From Bugula neritina (Eukaryota; Animalia; Bryozoa), in the NCBI GenBank assembly GCA_964035545.1, contig OZ037767.1, forward strand, positions 22,026,628-22,090,627: 64,000 bases of DNA, in the 5' to 3' direction. Positions 14,208 to 26,229 of this stretch are shown here, piece after piece. Numbering within the stretch: the first letter of the stretch is position 1; each line of letters begins with the position of its first letter. Below the pieces are notes generated by a model, which saw only the letters and a program-made list of their open reading frames with translations, was not told where the DNA came from and searched no databases. A program made the translations under genes and the position numbers.

Positions 14208-17200
14208 CTAGATGCCGTATATAAACTTGGTGTTCTCCCTAGCATATTCTAGGATGGTGTCTATAGGTGTTCCCCTCAATACGCTGACCTCTGCTGCCAC
14301 AGTTATAGCCATTCCTGGATGACTCAGAGAGACTTGGTCTTTTGGAACCTGTTTGAAAGTTAGGTCAGCTATGTAAGAATACTACAAACCAACTAGAAAA
14401 ATAGGAGCTTGCAGAAGTTATAATATTATATAAAATAACAGACAGTAATATGAGACTATGAGGGTTGTTCAAGAATATTCTGATCTACTTAAACAGGAGT
14501 TGTCTCATCAACCTCTGTGAACTATAATTATTTCTCAAAAGAATTTCTCCGAACATCAACACATTTCTGCAAACACTCCATAAACTTACTAAACCACTGG
14601 ATTACAACCTACCCTTAAGAAAGTATGGTTCAATTGTATCACAATATTTTGTGGTAGCATCCGTAACCATGTGTAGTTTCTAAGTCAGGAAGAAGAGTAA
14701 GAAGGAGTACCCCCCTCCCCCTTTCTAAACAATTTCAACATTCACAGTATAGAAGAAACTGATTTATAGGAGAAACCCCTGACATAATAACAAAGTAATT
14801 GGTGATTGGGATTTCCATCACATACCCTATGACTAGGAGTTCAGCAACAAGAAGCAATGGTAGCTACTGGGTTTGATTGGAGACCAACTGAAGGTGAGTG
14901 AGACTAGCAATGAGTGACTTCAAGGATGAGTGAGATACTGATACTCACAAACTATGAGTGACTCTAGGTGCGAGTGAGAGAGTGATACTCACAATGGGTG
15001 ACACTAGGAGTGAGTAAGACTAGTGATACTCAGTAACAAAGAGTGACCAAAAGTGACACTAGAAGAAAGTGAACTAGAAAACATACCCCTCTAGGAATGA
15101 AGTATGGTGAGTCCGTCTCCAAAAGGAGCTTATCTAACGGAACTCGTCGGGCAACATCGTGGGTGTTCTTGGCGGAGGGGAAGGTCACCAAAGGAGTCAG
15201 TCCAATCTTGAGATTGGGGAAAACAGAGAACCATCTCTGAGCCACCGTGAAACTCTCAGTGAAACAGTGAAGGTGAATCTTGTGCCCCCGGGGAACCATC
15301 TAGAACAATTTGTAATTATATTATACTGAAGTGCAATTTACATAACCAAGTATCATGCTTAGAAGAGCATTAGGTGTACAGAACACATAAGGGACATGTA
15401 GAGTGTATTACCATACACTCTACATGTCCCTTATAGCAAGTAAACTATTTGTGGAACAGATTCATAGATAACTGTTGCGCTAATATAAGAAACACAGTAC
15501 GTACACAACATGAATGTAGTATACGTAATAAATATAATTTACAAAATAAATTTATACTATATACATAATTAATATAATATACTTGATAAATACAACATAC
15601 ATAAACATATAATATACATAATAAATGCCATATAAAATAAAAATACAGAATAAATGCAACATGTATAGCAAGTGTAATATATTATATAATACTAAACTAT
15701 TTATTCCAAGTAGTAATACAATTTAGTTGTCATTGTTGTCTATCTTTTTGTTATTATTGCTTTTTGAAAAAGAACCATGTCTCTATTGGCACAAATAAAT
15801 AAAACAATCAATTAAAACACTTCTATTACAGTATTCCATTACTAAACTACTTGATGAGTATGTAGAGATACATTGTAAGGGTGTAAATACTCTTACATTG
15901 GTCATGATATCCCAACAATCTTCAGTAGCGTCTCGACAATGTATAACCAAAGGTAGCTTAAACTCCAAGGCTATTTCCAACTGCTGCTTCAATGCTTCTT
16001 TCTGTTTTTCTTTAAAAATGTCTGAACTGAAAACGTATAATTAGTCAACAATAATATCCTCATGGAACTGTACAGTTTACGAATAGAAGCAAATAGTGAC
16101 ATTAAATTATATTTTATATGTTGAAGGTAATCCATGGTCATATTTCACTGGCACTGAGCCACTATTCAACTCTATACTCTATGAATGTAACATACCGTGG
16201 CTATTACACAGAATAACATATGTAATATAATAGCCTTATCTAATAATATTCTTATATAAATAATATAATATTACACGAATACACACGCACGCACACATAT
16301 ACTCACTATATATACATGCATATATAATACTATTCACATATACAACAATCTTCACACAAAAAAACCATGCTTCATCTCACACTGCCAGTTCAAATCACAA
16401 ACCCTTTAGAGTAATCCAAGCCAATCTCTCCGAGAGCTCTAACCTTCTTGTGTCTCAAAACAGACCTCAACATAGCCTCAGTTTCCTTATTCCACAACTC
16501 CGCCGACCGGGGATGAACCCCAAACGATCCCCAAACATTATCTTCACTGAGCATTGCTTTCCACGACCGCTCTGCAGAAAATATTAGGAGATGATAAATT
16601 TGTCCTGACCTGTAAGCAGCCGTGATGGCAAAAACTACTTAATGAAGCATGAAGTATTATGTATTGAAAAATAAATTAATGTAGGAAAATATACAATTAA
16701 TACACAGATATATTGCTACAGCTGTTGGGGGAAAGAGTAGGGAACTGAAAAAATAGTATACTGCAGGCCATGCACTAACACATTTCTGTGATGGCATATA
16801 ATAAAGAGTTATCTTTCCGGAAAAGGTGTTCCAGTATTATTGATAATACAATCACAGTATCATAATAATATGCACATATAACTGTGTGGCCCTGATGCTA
16901 CTTCTATTCCTAGAAAGCACAGCATACAGCTTCACTGGGTTAAGCTAACTAAAGTTATGTAGAAATATGAAATTTGGGTAACTATTATGCCAATATATGG
17001 TCCACCAGGTAGATATACTCGTATCTCACCCTGTTTCCAGAAAGCTGGATCACAGAAGACAGCGACACAGCCAGCAAAGTTATCCGGCAGCGTATGGGTG
17101 GTGACAGCATCCGAGTGATGTAGGTAGGAGAACAGGGAGCCCCGGTGCCTCTTTCTCGTGAACAGGAAGTCCAGATGGCAGTGACTATCAATGAACGGCA

Positions 17201-20200
17201 CTTTACTGAGCATGTGCTTACTTCGATAGAGAGCAATCCACCTGTAGCAGACTCATGCCATGTTAACAGCAGAGATCTCAGAATATATTCCATTATGCTG
17301 ACACGCTACACCTGCTCTCATGTGCAAAACATAACCGGTTACTTGCTTTACAAACAGTTATATACGCATTTTGCAGAAAATTTTGTAACATGATTAGTAA
17401 TATTCTCGCACAATCTGTGAAAACAAAGACAAAAGTTAGCAACCCTTCAGCCACAACAACTTTCAGTATTCTTCGGCTTGCCAAAAATGACTACAACATA
17501 CAATTCTATAGAATTATCTTGTAGTTATTATTCCCATAGAACTAGATTGTTGAGATGGAAACATTTTTGACAAAAAGCTACAGTTTAGAACTATGCAAGC
17601 AAAATGAACAACCGCTTACCTGTCATTATTGCGCAAGTAAGGAGAGGTTCTGTTAGGAGTTGTCCCGTGTTCTGGCAAACTCCGTCTCCTACATATACAA
17701 AGCAACTCAATGAGTAGGAGAGTTAATACTGCAGCTACTCTGAAAAATACTAAACCCGTAAGTTGATATACCCAGGAAGTTGGTAGGTAAAAGCAACTTG
17801 GCAATTAATCTAATTTTCAAAAAATGAAGCTATTTCAAACGGCGAGGATGCTTCACGAAGACAAGTTTAGCAGATACTTAAATAACTATTTGCACGGAAA
17901 TCAGTTGATGTTTGTATATTTGATGGTAGCTTGTGATATTAAGAATTTCAAGCTTTGACTGAGAATCTAAAATGCCATAAAAGCAGAAGCTTGAGAGAAA
18001 GTTTGAGAAGAACGGAGAGACAAGTAACCTAGGTCAGATGCTGTTCTTCACGTTTTCCCCAATCTGCCTACGTCATTACCATATAACGCAGGAAGTGCAA
18101 TTTTTTTTCAATCAAGTTGAATAATTCATTGCAATGTTTGAAAGAATGATTATAAAGATTTTAGCAAAATCTGCAATAATATTTATTCCAATAACAATAT
18201 AACTCAGCAAGTGACATCATCACTTGCTTTTTGCAGCAAAACAACATCTAAAACAGTTACCTAAACTTTCCTAGCATTTTTGTTATGTGTTAGCATACTA
18301 ACTCTGAAGAAAACAAACTGAAATCAAACAAAAAAAACATTTATTTCTCTAATTGGCAGTTCAACTACAAATGACTAATTGTTGAAGTTGATAGTACTTA
18401 TTATAAGTGTGGCACTTTGCCAACATCTTAACAACACATCCAAAAAGAATTGACATACAAGCAGTCAGCCTGACCAATGGCAAAAGAGCATTGAATGACC
18501 TATAATATCATTAAACTACGTACCCACGCTGCGCTATTTCAGGAGAATATAAAGTGGACCTCTTCGCTGAATAACTACCCATGGAGAATCTGGAGTTGTT
18601 TCTGTATGACCTACGGTCGGGAGTTGTCATACCCATCTACAAAACAGTCCAACAAATTCGATAGTGTCGACTTCAAGTACGCTATAATTTGCATATTCAA
18701 TAGTATCACAGAGGATGACCTACAAACAGGTGAACTATGGAGGTGCGCCAGGGAAGGGAGAGCTCTTACCTCTGTACTATTCATAGACCACGTGGCTCTG
18801 TGCCTACCATGAGGGGAGTCCACAAAAGATGACTCGCGATACCCTGGGGATTTGTCTTCTGCTGATGAGAACTGCTGACTCATGCCTCTGGTCCAGCTGC
18901 TGCTGCCGGGTGTGTTGATTCTGATACCCTCAACATTAGTTGTGAAGGTGCGGAGAGGAGTGGAACAGGACTGGTTAGTGTCTCTATATGACTCGCTGTC
19001 ACATGTACGACTAGATGTAGAAAATGTTTGGTCCAGTCGGGTTCGTTTAGAAGGAGTACTAGACGAGTCGGTGACGGTGTTTTCCCTCAGATACTTCTTA
19101 TTCTCTTTGTGGGAGGGCATATAGGAACCCCCTTCCTTGTGCAAGCCCTCTGTGAACAGAAATAGCTATGCAAACGTCTTGATTCAATTGAATATAAACT
19201 GATGAATCAGAAAAAGTTTACATTACCACACTGTGATGGTGACACAAAATTATACTGATTTCTCAGCTCAATCAAATAATTGTATGCTAGTCAGCAGGGG
19301 CATTGCTGATGTCAGCAAGAGCATTCAATCAAAATTAATGTTGGCAGCAACATTTGCACTTCTTAGCCTACCATACTAACATTTTCCAGAGAGCTTACTA
19401 TTTAAAGGCAATTCAAAGACTGAAGGTTGACTGCTACAAGACTGGGTGGGGTTGTGGTCAGTGGCTGATTTCTTTACATTATTTGGCTAAAACAGTTTAA
19501 ATGTCTTATCATCAAAACAATAAAAACATGCAGATCTGATTCCAGATTAATATTGATACAAAAGGTAGATAGTTAACAGTGCAGGGCTTTCAATAACTAA
19601 ATAATTATTTTGCTAAATCATCCTATTGCTGACCGCTATTTATATAGAAGTTTTATAGACTAGTACATACTCAGTTACCCCAGCAAATTATGCTGTGTTT
19701 CAGAAAAAAATCTAAATATAGTGTATACCATAACATGCTTGATAGATACAAAGTTACTTTATAGCTACTGCATACAATAAGTACCAAATCAAATGAAGGC
19801 TACAAGACACAAAGCTTTGTAAAAAAGTGGGACAGCAGTTCAATTTGTTATTTCAACATGAACATTGATTCATATAAATGGAAACCAACACAGCTTAGTT
19901 ATTTGAAGGTAACAGAAATTCTACATATGAGAGAGATAACTCCGATTTGAGGATTCTCACACGCAGCCGTTTGGTAGGAGATGCAGAATCGGATGAATCA
20001 GATTCCCACTTGTAGTACTTGTAGTTGAGATCATCTTGACTGTAAATCCTAATCAGATTGCTACTTCCTTCCTATCATACAAATCATAAACACCACGATA
20101 GAGGAGTTATCTACTCTGAAAGGGAGCATATGATTGAAGCAATATGCCTTGCTCACTATCTCTCACTGTAACCATTTTAACTCTAGCTGCATGCCTTACT

Positions 20201-20477
20201 GCTAGCTATTTAATATTGTTTACTTGAGAAGGTAAACTGCTTCAACACTTTTCAAAAAGACTAATTCTATGTAACCATTTTCTTCAAAAACTCAATGCAT
20301 AACGACATTTTTTGTGTGCAATAATATAATGTTTGAATCAATAGTTTATATCAGTATTCATGAAACTAAATTTACATTCTTTGTAAAGGTATGTTTTCAA
20401 CATATGTTTATTAGCAAAGAAATGCTCACACTAACAAACAAATTAAGTTTTCTAACCTCTTGATCGGAATCACCCAT
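14208..20477 (-). CDS. TATDN2: TatD DNase domain-containing protein 2 (Ser/Arg-rich N-terminal extension + TatD domain)
   Basis: Exons 20477-20457, 20071-~19962, 19149-18770, 18636-18524, 17688-17620, 17241-17030, 16571-16403, 16026-15897, 15299-15087, 14348-14208. Motifs FIDSHCHLD, FCDP, VWGSFGVHP, LGEIGLDYS, PLVIHCRDA, KIHLHCFT, LLETDSPYFIPR, HPGMA, RENTKFIYGI* match TATDN2. The exon 2 donor is ambiguous (19961 vs 19963). Confidence 0.9.
15387..15434. repeat. Perfect 22-bp inverted repeat with 4-nt loop (intronic)
   Basis: ATAAGGGACATGTAGAGTGTAT-TACC-ATACACTCTACATGTCCCTTAT. Confidence 0.95.
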
Positions 20478-22109
20478 TGCGTACAAGTCAAGATGCCTTT
20501 TAGCTATCAACACAGAGAATATAAAACTTCAGCCAAATCCATAAGTTCTAAAACAATACAACTAGATTTGATTAGATGTTAATGATTGCAGTAGCTGTAA
20601 TCTTTTAATAGAATATAGCATGAGTTTTCTGCCAAATAAGACTTGTTTATATTATTATCAAGCATGAAACTTGGAAATATCAATCAGCATAACATACATT
20701 GTGAATATATATTTCATGATGAAAAAATGTGCGAAAGTATAATCTAGCCTTACATAATACTTTCGTAGCCTACGGCCCAATATATTACACTGAAATTTAT
20801 TTTCTAATGCACATATGATGCTAGAAGAAGCTATGCTTTCCTGGGCTTGTGTTACAAATTACAATGTGCTGATATGTTGTAGGACTTAGCTGATAAATGT
20901 AAAACAAATGACTAAACACATTCCGAGTCTAAAAAGCAAAAGTGTTAGCCATTCTAGAGACTAGTTGGAGTTAATGTTAGCCCATCCTGATAAACCAAAG
21001 AGTGGTCCTGCTCATTGAATATCTTCAAGGCAAAAAGTAACATTTCATACTTTTATGTAATTGATGACAAGATTGTTAACTCATCAAAAACTGCAACAGA
21101 TACTCATTTCAATAGTCGCAGAAAGCTCAGGTCAGTATATTGCCTATTCTAGAATATAGTGTATCCCACAACAAAAATAACACTTGATAGAAGAGTACTA
21201 TCAGGTGGCAATCAATATTAAACAGTTTAGCCATATAACACTTCAGCACAGTCTTTGGAACTTGAGACACTTCACATTTACAAGAATATAGAATATACAA
21301 ACTTTATACATAAGGATTTAGACATAAAAAGAGTACTGTTGCCACTAGTATTACCAGTCTGAGGTTAATGGGAAGACTAACAGTTTATTCTTTTTAATTT
21401 ATATACGTGATGAGACCACTATTACAACTGTGCCATATATTTATGCTTTAGTCAACGAGTTTTATAAAATCCATTTTATATATTTATTAACAATGCCCAA
21501 TGGTGTATTAGATGAACCTGTGTAGTATATACACAGTGACACATTGACCTTAGCCAGGTTATAGTGTTACTAAAAGTAATAACAAGTCATAACTTAAAGT
21601 AAGTTTCAATGTTGATAATTAATATTTATATAATATATTTAATTATGTAAGTTAAAGTATTACATTTACGATTAGTATTTCTCTGTCTATTGTAGTTGTA
21701 TTAACTTTAGGTACTGGGCCAGTAGCTTATGGTTTGCTCATTATTATTATAAATCAAGTTGAAGTTGAAGTACTGATTGGACTAACTTTGCCGGTAGAGA
21801 CTGTTTAAGTTTTGGATAACGTTGCTTACAGTTAGTGTTACCTTATACTTACTTATAATTATTCACTTACACTATGGCTATCACTATCAGTATGACTATG
21901 AGTGTCACTGTTACTGTACGAGATGATTATGAGTGCGTCACTATTCATTATCATTGTGACTATAAGTATCTGCAATTCTTAATCTAAAATTAGTCATAGA
22001 GGTTGAGATTCAGATTGCCTCTTTCTAAAAGTTTTAGAAAATCACAATGAATAAATGATAATATTATTATCAATAGTCTTATAACTTATAATTTAAACTT
22101 AATGTTATA

Positions 22110-24061
22110 CTTATTACCTCTTAATTACCTCTGATGAGGTAGAACGCCCTTGACCATCATATGACGTTAGTAGAGCGCCTCATGTGTGTGACAGTGAGTG
22201 TTCCGTTGCTGTTTTTTAGTGCTTCCGCATTACCGCTGATATTATTCAATTTAGATAGTGATATTTAAAAGGGAAATTGATAGGTAAGCTAGGTAAATCC
22301 TCTCATGTTGCGTATCGTTCTTGGTAAGAAACTTTGGTGGTAACAGCTAGAGCGAGAAGAAATGGAGTTAGGTAAACCTTGGGTTGCTGATCTTGTAGTT
22401 ACGGACATGAGAGAGCGATTTTCCACAACCTCATCATAGTCTGATGAAAGTGTACTGTGTGTGGCTTCAGACTGTAGAATACGTGTCAATAGTGTGAGTC
22501 TATGATTTTTACGCCTCGTTTGTAATGGTAGTAGACCCAGTTCGCCTCGAGCGTCACTAACACTCTCTCGCCCCTTGAGACCTGATATGAACCTCACAGC
22601 ACGTTCTGAACCATTTCTATATCATGTATGGTGGTTTTTAAATAAGGATCCCAGAAGGTATCTGCATACTCCAACAATGGACGGCAGAGGCTAGTGTAAG
22701 CCAAGAGTTTGCTATTTTTTGGAGCATCATGGAGAGCAAACTTTATCGCTCCCAGGACTCTGCTAGCTTTTTGTGATTTCAGCACAATGTGTTTGTCAAA
22801 TTTAAGGTTACTCTGCATGGTCACACCGAGATACTTGGTCTCTTCAGTCCATTGGACAGGTGTACTCCCAGGCTTATAAGATGGAAGGCCTGTTTGGCTA
22901 CCAAATGATATATCATGGCATTTACTTTCATTAAAAGGCATCTTCCATTGTTGGGGCCAGTTATATACTGCATCGATATTGACCTGGAAGTCTGCAGCAT
23001 CTGCTTCTGAGTTTACTCTTTGGTACAACAGGGTGTCATCTGCATAAAGACTGACACAACAATTGACACAACTTGGTAAATCGTTAATATAAACCAGGAA
23101 TAGTGTGGGTCCTAGTACAGATCCTTGGGGGACGCCCGATGTTACTGGGAGCTCAGTTGAGCATGAGCCTTTGATTACAACTCTCTGTTTTCTGTTGGTG
23201 ATGAAATCTTGAATCAAATTTATAATCTGTGGGTTAACTTCTGGAATGCGACGTAGTTTCAGTAGCAGTAGGGAATGGGGGACTTTGTCAAATGCTTTTT
23301 TGAAGTCTAGAGCAATTGCATGTGTGTCTTGTGATTGGTCGTTTGCTTTGGCAATGTCATGGTACGTTGAGCACAGCTGAGTATCGCATGACATTCCCTT
23401 CCGAAAACCATGCTGCCTGTTGTGAAGTATATTGTCCAGGGTTGCATTCAGGTAGTGCAAGATTATGTGCTCAAGCATTTTGCACGAAATGCTTGTGAGG
23501 GAGATAGGCCTATAATTCTGTGGTGATTCCTTGCTTCCTCCTTTATGTATTGGGGTTACATTAGCAAGTTTCCACTTTCTTGGTAGTTTTCCAGATTTAA
23601 GTGAGGCATGGTATATGTGCTGAAAACAAGTGGCATTTATTTCAGTATTAACTAATAGGTCTGGTTTTCTTATGCCGTCTGGCCCTGGTGATTTACCTCT
23701 AATAACTGACTCAAGTCCCTTGATGGATATGCATATGCTATGAGTATCACTGCTATTTGGATATTGTGACACCTGGTGATCTTGGCAGAACTGACTATAA
23801 AAATAACTGTTCAAGATCTCAGCGCATCTCAGTGAGTTGTCAGTTAGTTGATTAGTATCAGGGTCAGTAAAAGACATGGAAAAATTATCTTGACCAGTTT
23901 TTTGCCTCAGGTGTTTGAAAAAAAGGCCTGGAATTTCCCCTCTCTAATGGTTTACATACTTTCTCAACTAAATAGTTCCTTTTGTTGTGACGAAGCAATT
24001 TTTTGCAAGATTTTCGCTTTGTTTTATACTTCTCCAAGGAAAACACATCCCTTGTTTTTTT
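22110..24061 (-). mobile_element. 5'-truncated, frameshifted non-LTR retrotransposon (LINE RT, CR1/L2-group-like)
   Basis: RT motifs KSPGPDGI, NYRPISLTS, QHGFR, LDFKKAFD, SGVPQGSVLGP, YADD, KYLGV, and C-terminal SFLPRTIR. Frameshifts at ~23920 (A7 run) and ~22600; no endonuclease domain. 3' UTR ends in a repeated AGAGGTAAT motif. Confidence 0.9.
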
Positions 24062-24109
24062 ATATAGTTATAGTTAACGGTTTCGGACTCAAGTTAAACC
24101 CTTTGGTTA

Positions 24110-24195
24110 ATACTAATACTAATTGAGTAATACTAATACTAATAGAGTAATACTAATACTAATAGAGTAATACTAATAGTAATAGACTAATAGTT
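24110..24195. repeat. 20-bp tandem repeat (TAATACTAATACTAATAGAG, ~4 copies)
   Basis: Directly visible next to the 5' truncation point of the LINE. Confidence 0.85.
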
Positions 24196-24944
24196 ACACT
24201 TATACTTATAGTTATAGTAATGCACTTACTTAGACTTACAAGTAGTGAGTTAGTTTTACAGTGTTCCCAAGTTTATTAATAACACCGATAACTTTGGTAA
24301 GTATAACTTAGTAAGCATACGAGACTTTTAATGATACTAGTACAATTTACACGTATTTATCTATTTTAACTTTTACAGTAAATCACTAAATGGCTGTTGC
24401 ACTAAATACAAAAGCTGCACACTCAAAGGTTGAAGTGAAACTAGGTAAGAGTGTCATGAAACACGCCGTAACATTGGTAAGAAATGTATAAATTGGTTTC
24501 GTAATATTAGCTTTCGCGTCCACATTCCTATTACTTCACATTCAGTGAAAGTAGAACGAGTAATCATCGATATTTTAGTATGAAGTTCAAAGCAGAAAAC
24601 ATATTATTAGATTTTGGGTTAAGCCATCTTGGAAATTCCTGTATTTTAATTTAGTCATCCTGTTGAAACTTGAAAGGCTGAAGGTGCAGTTTACACCAGC
24701 CTGATTTGCTTGAGTGTATGTTTTAGTTATAGGTATGTGCTTGGGATGATATTAACTGATCGCATAACAACTGGCGTACTCCAACTTCAAAATCTAATAA
24801 GTAAATCGAACTGATTAAAATTAAACTAAAACTCAAAAAGCAAATCATTAATCAAAATGGAGCCAATATGAATATGAATATCAAAATGAATATAATAATA
24901 AATATTTGACGCCACACGGCTCTAAGTCTAATTCATCTCTAGTT

Positions 24945-25340
24945 TTACTACTACTACTAGTAGTAGTAATACTAATAGTAATACGGTTACTACTAGTGGT
25001 AGTGCCACTGATACTGCTATTACTACTATTACTAATGCTGCTACTTGAGTACTACTAGTAGTAGTAGTAGACGTAGTAGTAGTAGTAGTAGTACTAGTAG
25101 TAGTAGTACTAGTAGTAGTAGTACTAGTAGTAGTAGTACTAGTAGTAGTAGTACTAGTAGTACTGCGTACTGCTGATACTACTACTCACTACTAGTACAG
25201 TAGCAGTACTATTTGTAGTGGTACTGTTAGCGTTAGTGCTGCTACTACTACTACTGCTACTACTACTAGTACTTCTACTAGTACTGCTACTGGAGTAGTA
25301 CTGCTACTAGTACTAGTGGTGCTACTACTACTAAATTACT
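24945..25340. repeat. Mixed (TAG)n/(CTA)n microsatellite with a 15-bp higher-order unit
   Basis: AGTAGTAGTAGTACT x5 at 25081-25155, flanked by CTA-rich tracts of opposite orientation. Confidence 0.9.
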
Positions 25341-25769
25341 AACTCACTAGTTTTTATTGTCAAAGTTTTGGTTTTAAATTTAATTTACTTTTAGATGTAT
25401 ATGTATGAGTATCAGTATGTTAAAGCTTGACACTTACTCTTAGATAGTAATACTTTGACTTTAAGTTTTATTCTTTGAAATAATTTTTATCCTATAGCTG
25501 TTAATATAATTATCAATGTAAATAATAATATGGCAGTTGTGTATATAGAGTTAGTATATAAGATTAGGTATTATAATAATAATTGACATTAAAGCAGATG
25601 ACAAGTTAAAATCGATGTATTTTTAATCATGTTATGACTTTTGGTTTTTAATGATGACAGTTAGTAGTTACCAATACTAATATGATCAAGTTACTGCTAT
25701 CATAATGATGTTGACAACTATAGCTCATAGAGCTTAATTTTTAAATAAAAATCATCATGATAACCTTAC

Positions 25770-25974
25770 CTAATCCAATTACTTATTAGCTTCAACTCTA
25801 GTAACTGTCGCAAATTGGAATTGATATCTTTTCCCTAAACATTGTTAGATCACTGGACAGTGGTTGACTGCCATTGTGTAAGCTTTTTGCTACAAAGGCA
25901 ATATTTAGGATTGCTCCATTATGCAATTGAAAATGAACATTAAGACATTTATTTTGTGCTAAGCCGCTATGTAG
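25770..25974. promoter_or_regulatory. Putative bidirectional promoter / 5' UTR exons of TATDN2 and DFFB
   Basis: Minus-strand donor AG|GTAAGG at 25770/25769 and plus-strand donor AG|GTATTA at 25974/25975. Both genes have a splice acceptor just upstream of their ATG, so both need an upstream non-coding exon. Confidence 0.4.
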
Positions 25975-26229
25975 GTATTATAGTTAGTTTTGAGATGTAG
26001 TGCTACTAGGTTTCTATTTTGAAGCATCTTTTCATACAAATTTTGGCAAGAGATAAAAATGTTAGTAGGTTATTATGTAATCATTAATTTGTAAAACTAA
26101 AGCGTTTGATAAATTGTTCTATTTTAGTTGTGTGAATTTGCTTGATTAATTATTACTGACATATTTGCTCTTCTTTGTGAATAAGTGGAGTGGTGATTTT
26201 AATATCAGGCTTTTTGACAGGTTTGAAAT

